A stretch of 61,622 nt of DNA, the filler included, from Choristocarpus tenellus KU-1152 (taxonomy: Eukaryota; Protista; Phaeophyceae), in assembly GCA_964200185.2 (NCBI GenBank). It is 9 parts of 9 records of this genome, joined end to end, with 100 filler letters (N's around TTAATTAATTAA, not from the genome) between each part and the next. Parts side by side here need not be neighbours in the genome. Positions count along the whole stretch, not along the records: positions 28,155 to 54,909 come from CAXNAD020000163.1; positions 55,010 to 58,718 come from CAXNAD020018387.1; positions 58,819 to 61,622 come from CAXNAD020024606.1; 6 more parts are not named here. The stretch is one strand, 5' to 3'. A program made the position numbers and the translations under genes. The notes under the pieces were generated by a model. It searched no databases. It was not told the origin of the DNA and was given only the letters and a program-made list of their open reading frames with translations. Below, in pieces: positions 50,933 to 61,622 of this stretch. Within the stretch, counting starts at the first letter, position 1; every line of letters begins with the position of its first letter.

Positions 50933-53900
50933 TTTTTTTTGGAGGTTTCACGCATACTTTCTTTCCTTTCACAACACTATTCAATCTTATTAATTAATCT
51001 CCTCAACATACTACAATAAAAAATATTACATGTCTAATGCGATAAGAAGGTGTACCTATATCTTACAAGGTCAGGTGATCGTAGGAATTCGTGACTATAA
51101 TGCCAAGGTTCGAACCTTGGTCGCAGAGACCAGAATATCTACGCGCATCAAATGACTTTGATCGATCAAATCGAAAATGCTATCAAAAGGTACACACTGT
51201 AACTTACATTCTTGACCTAAATCACAAAAGAGATGCTTGGAAACATCTAGATCGTGGTGGTGGCAAAGATTCATTGCAAACGGAGTAAGTACCGCATCAG
51301 ATTCGAGGGAGGGGCGGAACGAGGAGAGAGAGAGAGAGAGAGAGAGTGGGACGGTTGAGCCCAACCAGTGAGAAAAAAACCAACAACATACGGGGGAGTG
51401 CAGCAAATAGTTATTGTATACAACACGTAGTTCATAGGAGTAGAAGAAATATTGCACTGTGCACCACCATCTGCCCGGGTCAAGTGCTAGATAGGCTGGA
51501 GGTAGTGGCCAAGTTCTGGAAGGTGGAGAAGTTCCACACCAAAAAAAGGAGCAAAAAATAATGCTAACGATACTAAAAATATTTTATTTGCTTACTACGC
51601 TGCTTTTTTTGCTGGTCCTTTTCTTGCCTTCCCTCAAACAATGTGCACCGTCCTCACACTTGTTTGGAATACCTTTTTTTCAACCACGGGTCTGGGATCC
51701 CTCAGACTAATGTGGCAACAATGATATTATTGTGCCTACTTAGCAATTGCTCAGATCAGAGACATGATCAAGAAGAAAAACCGTCCCCAGAACATCAACT
51801 AGACTCTCAGTGTATTATTCACTGGACGGAGATGAACCAGATGAGAAGGAGAACCGCACAGATGAAGTGCTTCCTCTGGGCCAGAGCTCCCTGGGAATCA
51901 ATCTGATCCATTGGAGCGTCACTCAGGGATACTGAGACACCGTAATACTTGACTTCTTCTTGGACATGATTCTACATTTTGTTTCGCTCCGGAAACCCAG
52001 TTCACCCAACAATCAGAGTCCTACAGGCGATGCCAATTATCAATTACTTAGATCTCTGAATGTGGGTGGCAACAACAGCCACTGGGTCGTGTTGACAAGG
52101 AAAATAGCGAAGAGAGGAGGATCAGGAGCAGAAGAGAAGATGAGTCCAGCATGAACTCCAGGATAACCTCAGGACAGTGTGCACAACTGCATGAGAAATA
52201 TGAGCACGATCAAACCTAAACAGGAATGGAGCAGGACAGGGCCAACTGAAGCATGACGCCTTAGTTGGGATAACTGACAACACGATCCAACCAATAAGAA
52301 CCACACGAGATTATATCAGGTAGACAAGCGTCACTCAAGAAATTCTCACACAGAGTCATCATCACTCAAAAGGATGTCAAACAGAGAAGGAGTCAAAAGA
52401 GATTCCAACAAGAATTGCAGGTGCGTTTGATAAGTGCACAACTGAATCAACAGGAGGACCCTCAGCAAGAATCTCGATCAGAGATGTCCCACCCAAGTTG
52501 TACTCAAACCAAACATGAAAGAACCTCCGTGATACTCTCAGTCTGATATATGTCACTGGAGATGTACCTTGAATTCGGCAAACTGGAAGGACCCTTTGTG
52601 AGATTCTCGGACTGAGATGTGCCACCGGGGGTGTCCCTCAAACCTGATCTCTACAACACTGACATTTTGCCGACGTTTCCATACGTATCTTTGGGGAAAA
52701 GAAGCATAAAGCAAAGAAAACAACAAACTCAACAATATAGAGTCTGCAAAAGAAGAAACACGAGGTAAATAATACAACAGATACAACAAAACAGAGTTAT
52801 AGGGTCCACAGTTGTCACTCCTATTTCTCAATGCATCGTGATGTCATCACCAGTATTGCTGAGTGAGTCCCATGCCCATCAATGCTGCTAGCTCTCTCTT
52901 GTCTTCATGCTCCTAATATCCTCCCTTCATCGCCAGATGAGCAAATACTGCAACCACTGTCCCTATCATCCAGTCACCCACAAAATATTTATTCAACTGT
53001 TCATATTTATTAACTTAGCCCCACCACCCACAACATATTCTGCCATTTCTTTTTGAGGTGATGGACATAGCTTTGAAATGGACTGCAAGGTCTGTAAGGA
53101 AATGTTGCCAACTAAAGACGACCCTGAGGATGGGATCAACTCATGCAAGGTACAAACAAGAACCTTTGAATTGAAAGTTTGAGACAGACCCAAGCACAAC
53201 ACCTCCAGACAATTTGGAGAAGAAGTCTCTGACAGGGGAATGCTAGTTTCAAGATCTGGCCCATCATGCTGTCGAATCATCAAAAAGCTGGAGGTAATCA
53301 CATTATAATAATCATAAGTAATTGTTGGACAGGGTAAGGGGAAGACAATCGACAAGGTGAATACCCACGAGGGACCCCGCCCGCCAGCACCCACAGCTGT
53401 TCTAATGACAGCAGAAGGGACAGTGGAGGGCTGCATGTCGGTTACAAGTAGCTGTTCTAAGTCAAAGTTAACACAAGAAACAGAAAAAAACAAAATCTTG
53501 ACTGAACCACAAGCCAATACCATGCCAGCTGACACTGCAAACACTACAAATAACATGTCCAGGGTCTACAATTCATTCTATTCTACTCTGGGACTAAGAT
53601 AGGTCCCAGTAAGAGGGAGGGCTGGGTGTCTTAAGGTAGTGACAACTATCCACAGGTTTCTTGAGCAACAGCTACGTCAACTTATATTACTCTAGCCACA
53701 AAGCAGCAACACCTATCTAAAATCACCCCAATGTTGACCACAACAGCACTGTATCCACTTTCTGTAGAGGTTATTGCCGTTCTTATCTCCCCAGCAGTTT
53801 CTTACGCAAAGAATCCATAGTACTCCCGATTCAACCCTTGGAATGATCCATCATCCCATGCATTGCAGTAGCTGTCACTCAAAGTTTCCTCCAACACCAT

Positions 53901-54849
53901 GGGGCCGCCAGCACACAACTCTTGATATTGGCAAGAGGGGCTTCACTACATGACATGTATTTCACCATTCTTGTTAACGTCACAATTTGTGTATTGCTCC
54001 CTGTTATTGTATAATGGTGTTTTTACTTGCTTGCTAGAGTGAGAAAAATCAAATGTTGTGCTGATCATTTCCTCCCCTCCAACCTTCGATTTCACCAACA
54101 GTGGTCGTAGAGGTTATTGATGGACTGCTCTTGTGTGTGGTCGGAATTTTCTTCTAAATATGAAGTCATTGGTTTAATCCGGATCATTCTGGGGCCCCGA
54201 ATAAATGCGTACCAACTGGGATTTGGATTGACGACCTGGAGTGGATGCATGAGAGATAGTCAGTTTCTTTTTCTATTTGTATGTCTTTCATTTCTGATTC
54301 AGCCCATCTTCATAGCTCAGTTGTTAATGGACAAAGCTTCTAGATACCATCAGTTTGAAGAATTCCAAACCCTTAGATGCCAGATTTCTTTTACAGAAAA
54401 TCGGACTTCAAAGATCTAATTCTCATGTGGCAATCACTAAGGAATGTACATCTGTGCTATCTACAGTATCCTTTATGCCAATGTTCCACAATGGTGTGGG
54501 AAACTCTAAGACCTTGGCAATAACGCTTAACTGCTGAGCAATGCCAAGGCAGGTACAGCATGAGATTTGAGGGAGGAGGTAGCGCAATAAATGGTGGGAT
54601 TACAGAACTCAAGGTGCAAGAAGTATGACGTGAATGGACATAGTCCAATTCGTCACAGCACAGCAGTTATTCACCTCTACATACAGAAGTAGATAGGATG
54701 GCCAGGATTACTCCTAAACTGAAGTGACCAAGGTAAAAGTAACAGTACATAGAAATAACATAGTAATAGTACTAACAATAGTAAGAGTAGAAAAATGATA
54801 GTAGCAACAAGGATATTGAGGAGGTATTGCTGACGCGAATCAGTGGTTA

Positions 54850-54909
54850 GAGTGAAACTATCTTAGAGGGTACGGATTTTTCCCTGTTCGTCCATTTGTG
54901 GGGCTTGGC
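54850..54909 (-). mobile_element. MITE family A end, truncated by contig end
   Basis: gagtgaaactatcttagagggtacgg..gtccatttgtggggcttggc. Confidence 0.85.
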
Positions 54910-55009
54910 NNNNNNNNNNNNNNNNNNNNNNNNNNNNNNNNNNNNNNNNNNNNTTAATTAATTAANNNNNNNNNNNNNNNNNNNNNNNNNNNNNNNNNNN
55001 NNNNNNNNN
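54910..55009. other. Artificial contig-joining spacer
   Basis: N44-TTAATTAATTAA-N44. Confidence 0.99.
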
Positions 55010-55599
55010 GGCAATGAGGGGCGGTGGGCGGGGACGGGGGCGTGGAGGGGCAATGGGGTACGCCTTCTACCCACCACCCTATGCAGCCCCATACCGAGGA
55101 AGGGGGCGAATGGGGTACAGAGGGGGCTATAGAGGAGGGTACCGTGGCAGAGGATACCACCCATACTACTAAGGCTGGGCATCCCACCACTCAATGAGAC
55201 TCCAGTGGACAATTGATGGGATATAATATTGGGGGGATTGCAGTGGAGGTGGGGGAAGGGGAGGCTAAGAGGAGGGGCAAACATGAACGTTGTATCCTGC
55301 CCTCTCCTCACTCCCCCATATTGTACCCCCCCCACTGTCCTGCACCTCCCCTCTCTTCTCTTCTTTTCTCTGTTGTCCCATTGTTTCCTGTTCCTGTGCT
55401 CTTTGTGTGTGGTTGTGTGTGTGCGTATTTTTGCCTGTATTTCCGTTGTCTCTGCCTCTCTTCTCCTGCTGCTGTGTCCTTCCTTTCCCTCCTCTCTTGC
55501 TCCCTTCATACTGCACTGTTCTGTCTTGTGCTGTGCAGATCTTAACAGGTTGCATGTGTGGGGGTGCATGCTGGGTCTGCCTGCTTCATCACTAGAGTA

Positions 55600-55900
55600 T
55601 CCATCTCACCCCCACACAGTACGCTGCCTCTTCCAAGGCCAAGGGTTTCAAGTAGCAAATGGCCCTTTGTTAGTAGGAGATCAATGATGGATACTAAAAG
55701 TACCTTGGCTAGGAGGAAATAGTTGGGTGGCACAGGTATACTAGTACATGGACGAAATGGGAAGCATAGAAGATTGAAGAGGGGGATCTGACAAAATGCA
55801 ATTGCAGTACTTTGGAGCCAACCAGTTGCAGTGGATGTAGCAGTGAAGGAGAAGAGAAGGATGCTGTGCGAGGGGGATCTGAAATTTAAGACTGCTGTTT
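55600..55900 (+). mobile_element. Possible decayed LINE (RTE-like) 3' ORF end
   Basis: Weak motifs HTVRCLFQGQGF and STLARRK*LGGTGILVH (cf. RRLxWAGxLxRM), with multiple stops. Confidence 0.3.
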
Positions 55901-57332
55901 GTCATGGGATATGAATATGCATGGGATTGAAGGATGTGGACAGGATCTTAACTGTGCATGCTTGCAATTGACACAGGCAGTAAGATCTAACTGACACTTG
56001 CTCACAATTGAGTTTGCTGTACTCCCACAAATGTGCTAGTGACCTAGGATGTGGCTGCTGAGGAGTTGGTAATCACAAGGAAGGAAGAAGAGGGAAGGTA
56101 ATTTGATGCACCATGTGATACTGCTGGGCTCCAAAAGTAGGAACTTATGCCCGATTTCACTCCAAGGAGATACTCCAGGATTTAAGAACTTAATATGAAT
56201 TTCAGAGCCTTAATAACTCCAAGCCAGGGGTCCACTCTGTCTAGATTAGGGTGTGCTGCTGTTTGGTTCCACAAGACCATTGTGCCTCAGTATTTGCATC
56301 TTTTAACACAGATACCATTGTATAGGGCTGTATTATTAATGTGTGTAAGTTGAGACCCCATGCTTTATTAGAACGCTGGTCAGCTTCCCATCATGTCCCC
56401 AACTTCAACCCCACTATCAAGATGGGAGGACCCTTGTCCTTGCTGTTTTGGAGAGTACCCAATGATAAGAGGCAATGAACTCAAATCTATTGCTACTAAA
56501 GGCAAGCGATGATCCAGGGGGTGTATTTGGACCCGTATGCATGACACATTGCTGAGGTATGACTAACTTCTGTAAGGTACTTTGGAAAAGCTCAACAGTG
56601 GGGATTGCTTCAAAACAATGGCTTTCGAGTGTTTTAGAAACCATTTTTCGGTTGCGTCTCCCACTTAAATTGAGACGATGCCGAAGGTACAGCAGACACT
56701 TCTCTGACCTCCACAATGCTTAACCATGAACAAAAACATCACAAGGCAAGGGGAATCACATCACCTTCATATAATTATACACTCACATACTTTGAAGTGT
56801 TCTACAGTTTAAATAATGATGGCACTTTTCCTTGGGCATCTTGACCACCTTCCTAACTGAGGAAGTAAATTGTTGTAGTTAAAAAGAAGACAAGGGTTGA
56901 CAGACGACAAAACTTGGTTGTGAAACAACAATAAGGTTGTGAATTGAAGAGTGTGTGTTTTTTCAATCAACACAATTAGTTTGTACTCCAGGGAATGCGT
57001 AACAGTTGGAATAAAAATGTGAACAAACAAAATAATTTTTGGTCGATTTCATTTCTATTCTGGACTTGTTAGCATGCATGGTAGCCCCATCATCACAACC
57101 GCACGATCAGGACATATACCCTACATTGTCGTGATGAGTGTGCCTGGTTACTCTTGCGGTAGTATTATTGCTGCTTTTTTATAACTTTTTTTACTGTACA
57201 GGGCACCGATGGTGTGAGAAATTCTTCACCTCTGTTGCTTTATTGTGGCGACAGACTGTCCCTCACTTTCGGTGAAACGGCCTGGAATCCTACCTCATGA
57301 AGACCTGCTCTTCTATACTCTCTAAACTATCT

Positions 57333-57602
57333 GGCCCACACTATCCTAGAGGGGTGGTCACGCGTTCGTTCAGGGCATGTGTCAGCTTGTAATGATTTCA
57401 TATCATATTAGTTAAGTTGTCAGATGTAAGGGCAATTTCCTTCAATCGGACCACCTTCCTTTTCCATCCCTCTGCCTAGACCAAAACCGAAGAAAAATCA
57501 CCCTTAAAGCGGGCATCAAACTGGGGTATCTTACAACACCCCATCAAGCCCCCAATGGACCACTTTGTCGTAAACAACCCCCCCTCTAGGATACTATGGA
57601 CC
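57333..57602 (+). mobile_element. MITE family C, complete copy
   Basis: 22-bp imperfect TIRs ggcccacactatcctagagggg / cccctctaggatactatggacc; 3-bp TSD tct/tct. Confidence 0.85.
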
Positions 57603-57676
57603 TCTTTGCCACCATACTACTAATACTACTACCACTTGCTGTGTATCAAGCAGTAGCCTTCCACAATTCACCTTCT

Positions 57677-58017
57677 GAGTGAAACTATCTTAGAGGGTAC
57701 GAAACTTTTCCTCTTTGTCCATTTGTGGGGCTTGGCTTCCCATGGGTTTTTTTATGACATTTTCCGACTCCAAAGTGTTTCGGAGTAGGTAAAATGTATA
57801 CATTTGTGGGGCTTGGCTTCCCATGGGTTTTTTTAAGACATTTTCCAACTCCAAAATGTTTCGGAGTAGGTAAAATGTATACACTATGAAAGGTGTGTCC
57901 GAAACATAGACATTGACACTTCCTAACAAACACGATAGCCAAAACCTCATCAAAATCACAACATTGTATTTTGACCCCCAAATGAACGTGGCTCTACCCT
58001 CTAAGATACTTTGGCTC
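57677..58017 (-). mobile_element. MITE family A copy with ~80-bp internal tandem duplication
   Basis: TIRs present; TSD tct/tct; 57720-57800 repeated at 57801-57881. Confidence 0.92.
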
Positions 58018-58149
58018 TCTTATTATTACCATGAAGCCAATTTGAGTACATTACCATCATCACCATCAATAGTTTCGATGGCAATTATCTAAATGATTGG
58101 CCCATCAACTTTTCTCTACTACGTCCCGTCACAGGTCATTGAAAAGAGA

Positions 58150-58670
58150 GTTCAAATTCAACAGATACAAATACGTTGCAACTGCCATCTCCTCAGCATC
58201 CTGAGGGCGGTCTCCAGGCCAACTAAGGTGGCGAGTCGATATTGCCAGTAACTACCCTGAGTGAGGTTCATTCCATGCAAGCAACCAATAAAAGGGTTCA
58301 AGCTTGAGCACGTACCGATTACGTATTTTTTGGACTCGAGGACGAACATCCTGTCCACGGCATTCCACCACATAAACAAAAATCCATTGTACACCTTGTA
58401 CACTGCGCATGTGTGATCCATCTTGAGGTGGAGAGGACATACAACAAAAAACATGGCAAACAAAACAAGTCAGTAGTAGTTCATGTATGTAGCACAAGAG
58501 CACCTTGCTCACACTATCCATGTTGAGGGACAGCAGGCCAACCCAAAGATGGAGAAGGAAGGGTTTCACTTACAAAACATCTACCTTCACTTCAAATATG
58601 TGCAGTGAGGGGGAGTTCAGTTGCTTGTACTGCCGGTGTCAGGGTAAGGGAGCACATACATGCAGCAGGT
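58150..58670 (-). mobile_element. Possible decayed Ty1/copia post-integrase fragment
   Basis: CFVCHVF..RSVQGVQWIFVY..GQDVRPRVQKIRNRYV loosely follows the copia FGC..GxFxGY..GYRVxxPxxxKIxxSRDV pattern. Confidence 0.3.
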
Positions 58671-58678
58671 ACAATACA

Positions 58679-58718
58679 GACTCAAAGTATCTGGGAGGGG
58701 GTGGCGGCTGTCCATTTG
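58679..58718 (+). mobile_element. MITE family B terminus at contig end
   Basis: gactcaaagtatctgggagggggtggcggctgtccatttg. Confidence 0.7.
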
Positions 58719-58818
58719 NNNNNNNNNNNNNNNNNNNNNNNNNNNNNNNNNNNNNNNNNNNNTTAATTAATTAANNNNNNNNNNNNNNNNNNNNNNNNNN
58801 NNNNNNNNNNNNNNNNNN
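58719..58818. other. Artificial contig-joining spacer
   Basis: N44-TTAATTAATTAA-N44. Confidence 0.99.
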
Positions 58819-58984
58819 CATAGCCCCACTCCATCCTCAATTTTGAAAATCCACTGTTCAAGGGACCTTGTTGTAGTAGTTAGAACAGTTTTATTTAGAA
58901 ATAACTATATTGGAAGTGATCGCTATTGTGCATTCAATTTTTTGTAATAGCCTTGATTTTTTGGGGGTATTTCCCCTACCTCGA

Positions 58985-59215
58985 GATCCAAAGTATGTTA
59001 GAGGGGGGTGTGTTTAACCCAGGTTGTCCTATTGGGACTTGGTGGGGTGTTGTAAGATGCCCCAGTGTGATTACCCTTTTGAAGGTGAACTTCGGATTCG
59101 GTTCAGGCGGGGGGATGGAAAAGCGAGGTGTATTTAGATAAAGGAAACTGCCCTTACATCTGACACATTCCCAGTGTGTGAATGGGTGGATAGGAAATGA
59201 TCATGTTATTACAGG
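58985..59215 (-). mobile_element. MITE family C copy (one end degraded)
   Basis: gatccaaagtatgttagagggggg..ggggtgttgtaagatgccccag..gcccttacatctgac, the reverse complement of the 57333-57602 body. Confidence 0.72.
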
Positions 59216-59989
59216 TGCTAGGTATGGTGGTAGTCACCTACGTCCTTTGAAGTAATCGCTCTGCAACATTTGACAACACCCCTGTGTTTATCAAATCCAT
59301 CTTTGGATGAGGCGGGCGATACTTTGGCACAATATGCTGAGCCTTAGGTTTCTAGACCGTCATTTCCATGACGTCTTTTATGTGGAATAGAACGGATTCT
59401 ACCGGTTCATGCTCATGACTGAAGTGCCCCCCCCCCCTACTGAAGACCAACTTCGACATTTTTCTTCCACTGTGGATGGCACCTGTGTCTAGGGCACTTA
59501 CGGAGCTATGGTAGGGGCAGGAAGGAGTGACTGCATACGATAAATGTTGATAGAGTTGTCGGTGGGGATAAATCCAATGGTCCAGGCCACTCCCAGCACA
59601 TATTCAGCCAGAGGGTGTGTACCAACTGTAGTCAGATCAATCGAACTCATTGTGGGTGAAGGTTTCCGAGATAGCAGTGACATTCCGGACAGAGTTAGCA
59701 TTCTGGAGCACTAGGACCTAGATGTCAGGTTCTTCCGTTGAGTTCAGGGTCTGGCAGACCTATAGTCTGCCACACGTGTGGACTGAGGACAAGACACCGG
59801 CAACCTAAATTTACGAACTCAGACTACTGGGACTGGCGGAGGCGTTTCATGGTTCACTATAGGTAGACCTAGTGCCTGGCCATATTGACAGTCCTGAGGC
59901 CAATAAACCTGGAGTGCTCCTGTAAGTATCTTCTTGCTGATGAATTTGATGAAATACGGATAGCCAAAGAAAAGCATCATGCACTCAAC

Positions 59990-61622
59990 GTCACCCCTAC
60001 CATGAAGGCCATGTGCTTACACCCTTCGATACCGTCGAGAACTTTTCCAGGACTTTGAATGACTGGTTAATGCCCTTTACACAGTGGGCAACAACAGCCA
60101 GGAGCTTTTCATCAATTTCATCACTTCCTAAATGGAAAAGGCGGAAAACCCACTCCTCGAGCTGATGCAACTTGAGGCGCAGTGTGGGGAAGGGTGTTAG
60201 CAATGGACCTCATCATTTACAATAAATTGCTGCTTCTCCAGTTTCTGAGTGCACACTTAGACCTGACTACAGTACCAAATACGTTTCATGGCTCCGCAGA
60301 GAACTTTGTGCTGAGTGGATGTTGAAAAACGTATACGTGAGTGATATGCATTGCTCCAGGAGGGGAAGGGACCAAAAACTACGAGCAATCACGCTCTGGT
60401 CGTCACTAAAAATTTATCTCATAGCAAGGGCCAGTGCCGCAAATGGTGAAGGTTGCGACAGGGGACACAAGTTCAACTGTAGAACCAAGGAGGGTGATAC
60501 ACAGAAGAAGGAGAACAAATCCGATTCTAGTTCTAACAGTTTGGAGAAGATTCCTTGTGACGGGTGCAAGAAAACTGTGGACACAAGGGAGTGGCTTGTC
60601 CAAGTCACATCTGCACCAAATGTGGTGGAGGTGCTCGTGATGCTGTCACATGTACCTTGGTCTTCACAACCACTGCAGCAGTTGGTGCAGGAGAAGAGGA
60701 TACTGTGCAAGAGGTGATTAAGGACGAGTTCTTGTGGAATACTGTGGCTAGCATCCTTAACTACTGACCACCAAGGGCACCTCCTCGAGCAGGAATGGTC
60801 AAGGCAAGTGTGGGATACATGAGAGTTTGGTATCACGTGTGGTGGGTGTCAAATGAGGGAAAGAGCGATCTGTGACAATGCAGGTTTGTACCACATGATC
60901 AGCTCATTGAAGTATATGTTCAACTATCTGGAAACAGCTAGTAAAACTATTCCCTATCAGGGGTCACGGTTGTCTCATCATAGTTGTATTTCCTCACGAA
61001 ATAATGAAATATAATCCATATCACACCACAAAATCTTGAAATATCCCAGATCTTTGATTTAACGTATTTTCCTATCAAGCTGTGAGGGCGAAAGGATAAT
61101 TGCAGTAGTGGACGCATAGCAGTTATAGAGAGGGTAGTACATCGCGTCTCCATGGTTTGAAGCAAGCTTCAAGGACTTGGGTCATCAAGCTGGTTGGTTC
61201 CACCCTTCTGTGAAATGGTTTTGAACAATGCCTGATTGACTCTTGTATTTGTAGACTCAGGAGGGATGGTATTGTCAAGATGATGCTTGTAGTACATGTA
61301 GACGACACATGATGGTTCTAGCTTCTGGTGATGATCACAATGAACTTTATGCCTCCCTGAATGAAAGGTTCCCCACCAAGAACCTTGGCCTCTTGTCCCA
61401 CTTTTCTGGTTGCACTTACACTAGAGACTGGAAACTCGGTACCCTCTCCATCACTCAGACTAACCACATAGACAGTTTGTGTGCTCGTTTTCCTGCCCAA
61501 TCAACAAGTCCTATCCCACCTGCCCCTTCCACACAACTGGGAATCGGCGAGGGAGATGATACCTTGGAAGATTGCCCTTATCGGGAGGCTGTTGGTAGGT
61601 CAATGTGGGTCAACAACATGAC
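59990..61622 (+). mobile_element. Decayed Ty1/copia retrotransposon: gag with zinc knuckles, then reverse transcriptase
   Basis: CDGCKK/GHKGVACPSHICTKCGGGARDAVTC (one CCHC knuckle across a frameshift plus a degenerate second, ~60555-60655); RT motifs LHGLKQASRTW..GFEQCLIDSC..LVVHVDD..FPTKNLG..SITQTNHID..PYREAVGRSMW (61150-61622); frameshifts and stops. Confidence 0.88.

Noticed and set aside
51500-54840. ORFs upstream of NPHP4 (e.g. 52993-53556, 187 aa)
   Set aside because: No domain motif or coherent exon chain; probably decayed retroelement DNA, but not supportable.
54954-55690. Overlapping ORFs of 96-203 aa on both strands
   Set aside because: Arise from low-complexity CT/GT-rich sequence and read into N; no coding signature.
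1862-58017. Recurring short ORFs such as WLSCLLGSVNIL..TPKHFGVGK and MGSQAPNGQTG as a peptide family, or the repeats as a CRISPR array
   Set aside because: These are translations of MITE-A copies. The copies are dispersed, in both orientations, with TIRs and TSDs, and show no spacer periodicity or cas genes.
3827-58818. Recurrent TTAATTAATTAA palindrome within N runs
   Set aside because: Synthetic six-frame-stop linker. It also means features on different contigs cannot be read as a gene cluster.

Overview
This window is not one locus. It is nine unrelated contigs joined by eight artificial 100-bp spacers (44 N + TTAATTAATTAA + 44 N). The DNA is eukaryotic and intron-rich, with scattered (TTAGGG)n tracts and a ciliary gene; a brown alga or related stramenopile is my inference. 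Host genes: a 3'-truncated 23-exon nephrocystin-4 (NPHP4) gene with EF-hand-like motifs and two GC-AG introns (29078-50932, -), a divergent actin-related gene with a long disordered N-terminal region (24026-28054, -), and two low-complexity genes of unknown function. Repeats: 17 copies of a ~260-bp MITE (family A), two related MITE families (B, C) sharing a G-N-N-Y-C-A-W-A-G-T-A-T-C-like terminus, a decayed hAT transposase, and Ty1/copia and LINE remnants. The most unexpected item is a ~215-bp pseudogenised fragment of an alphaproteobacterial, Rickettsiales-like dihydrolipoamide dehydrogenase gene (211-425, -) inside host DNA, a candidate endosymbiont-to-host transfer. I found no CRISPR array, rRNA, tRNA or prokaryotic operon, and no multi-gene novel system that I can support. 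All homology calls come from motif recognition by eye, not database searches.
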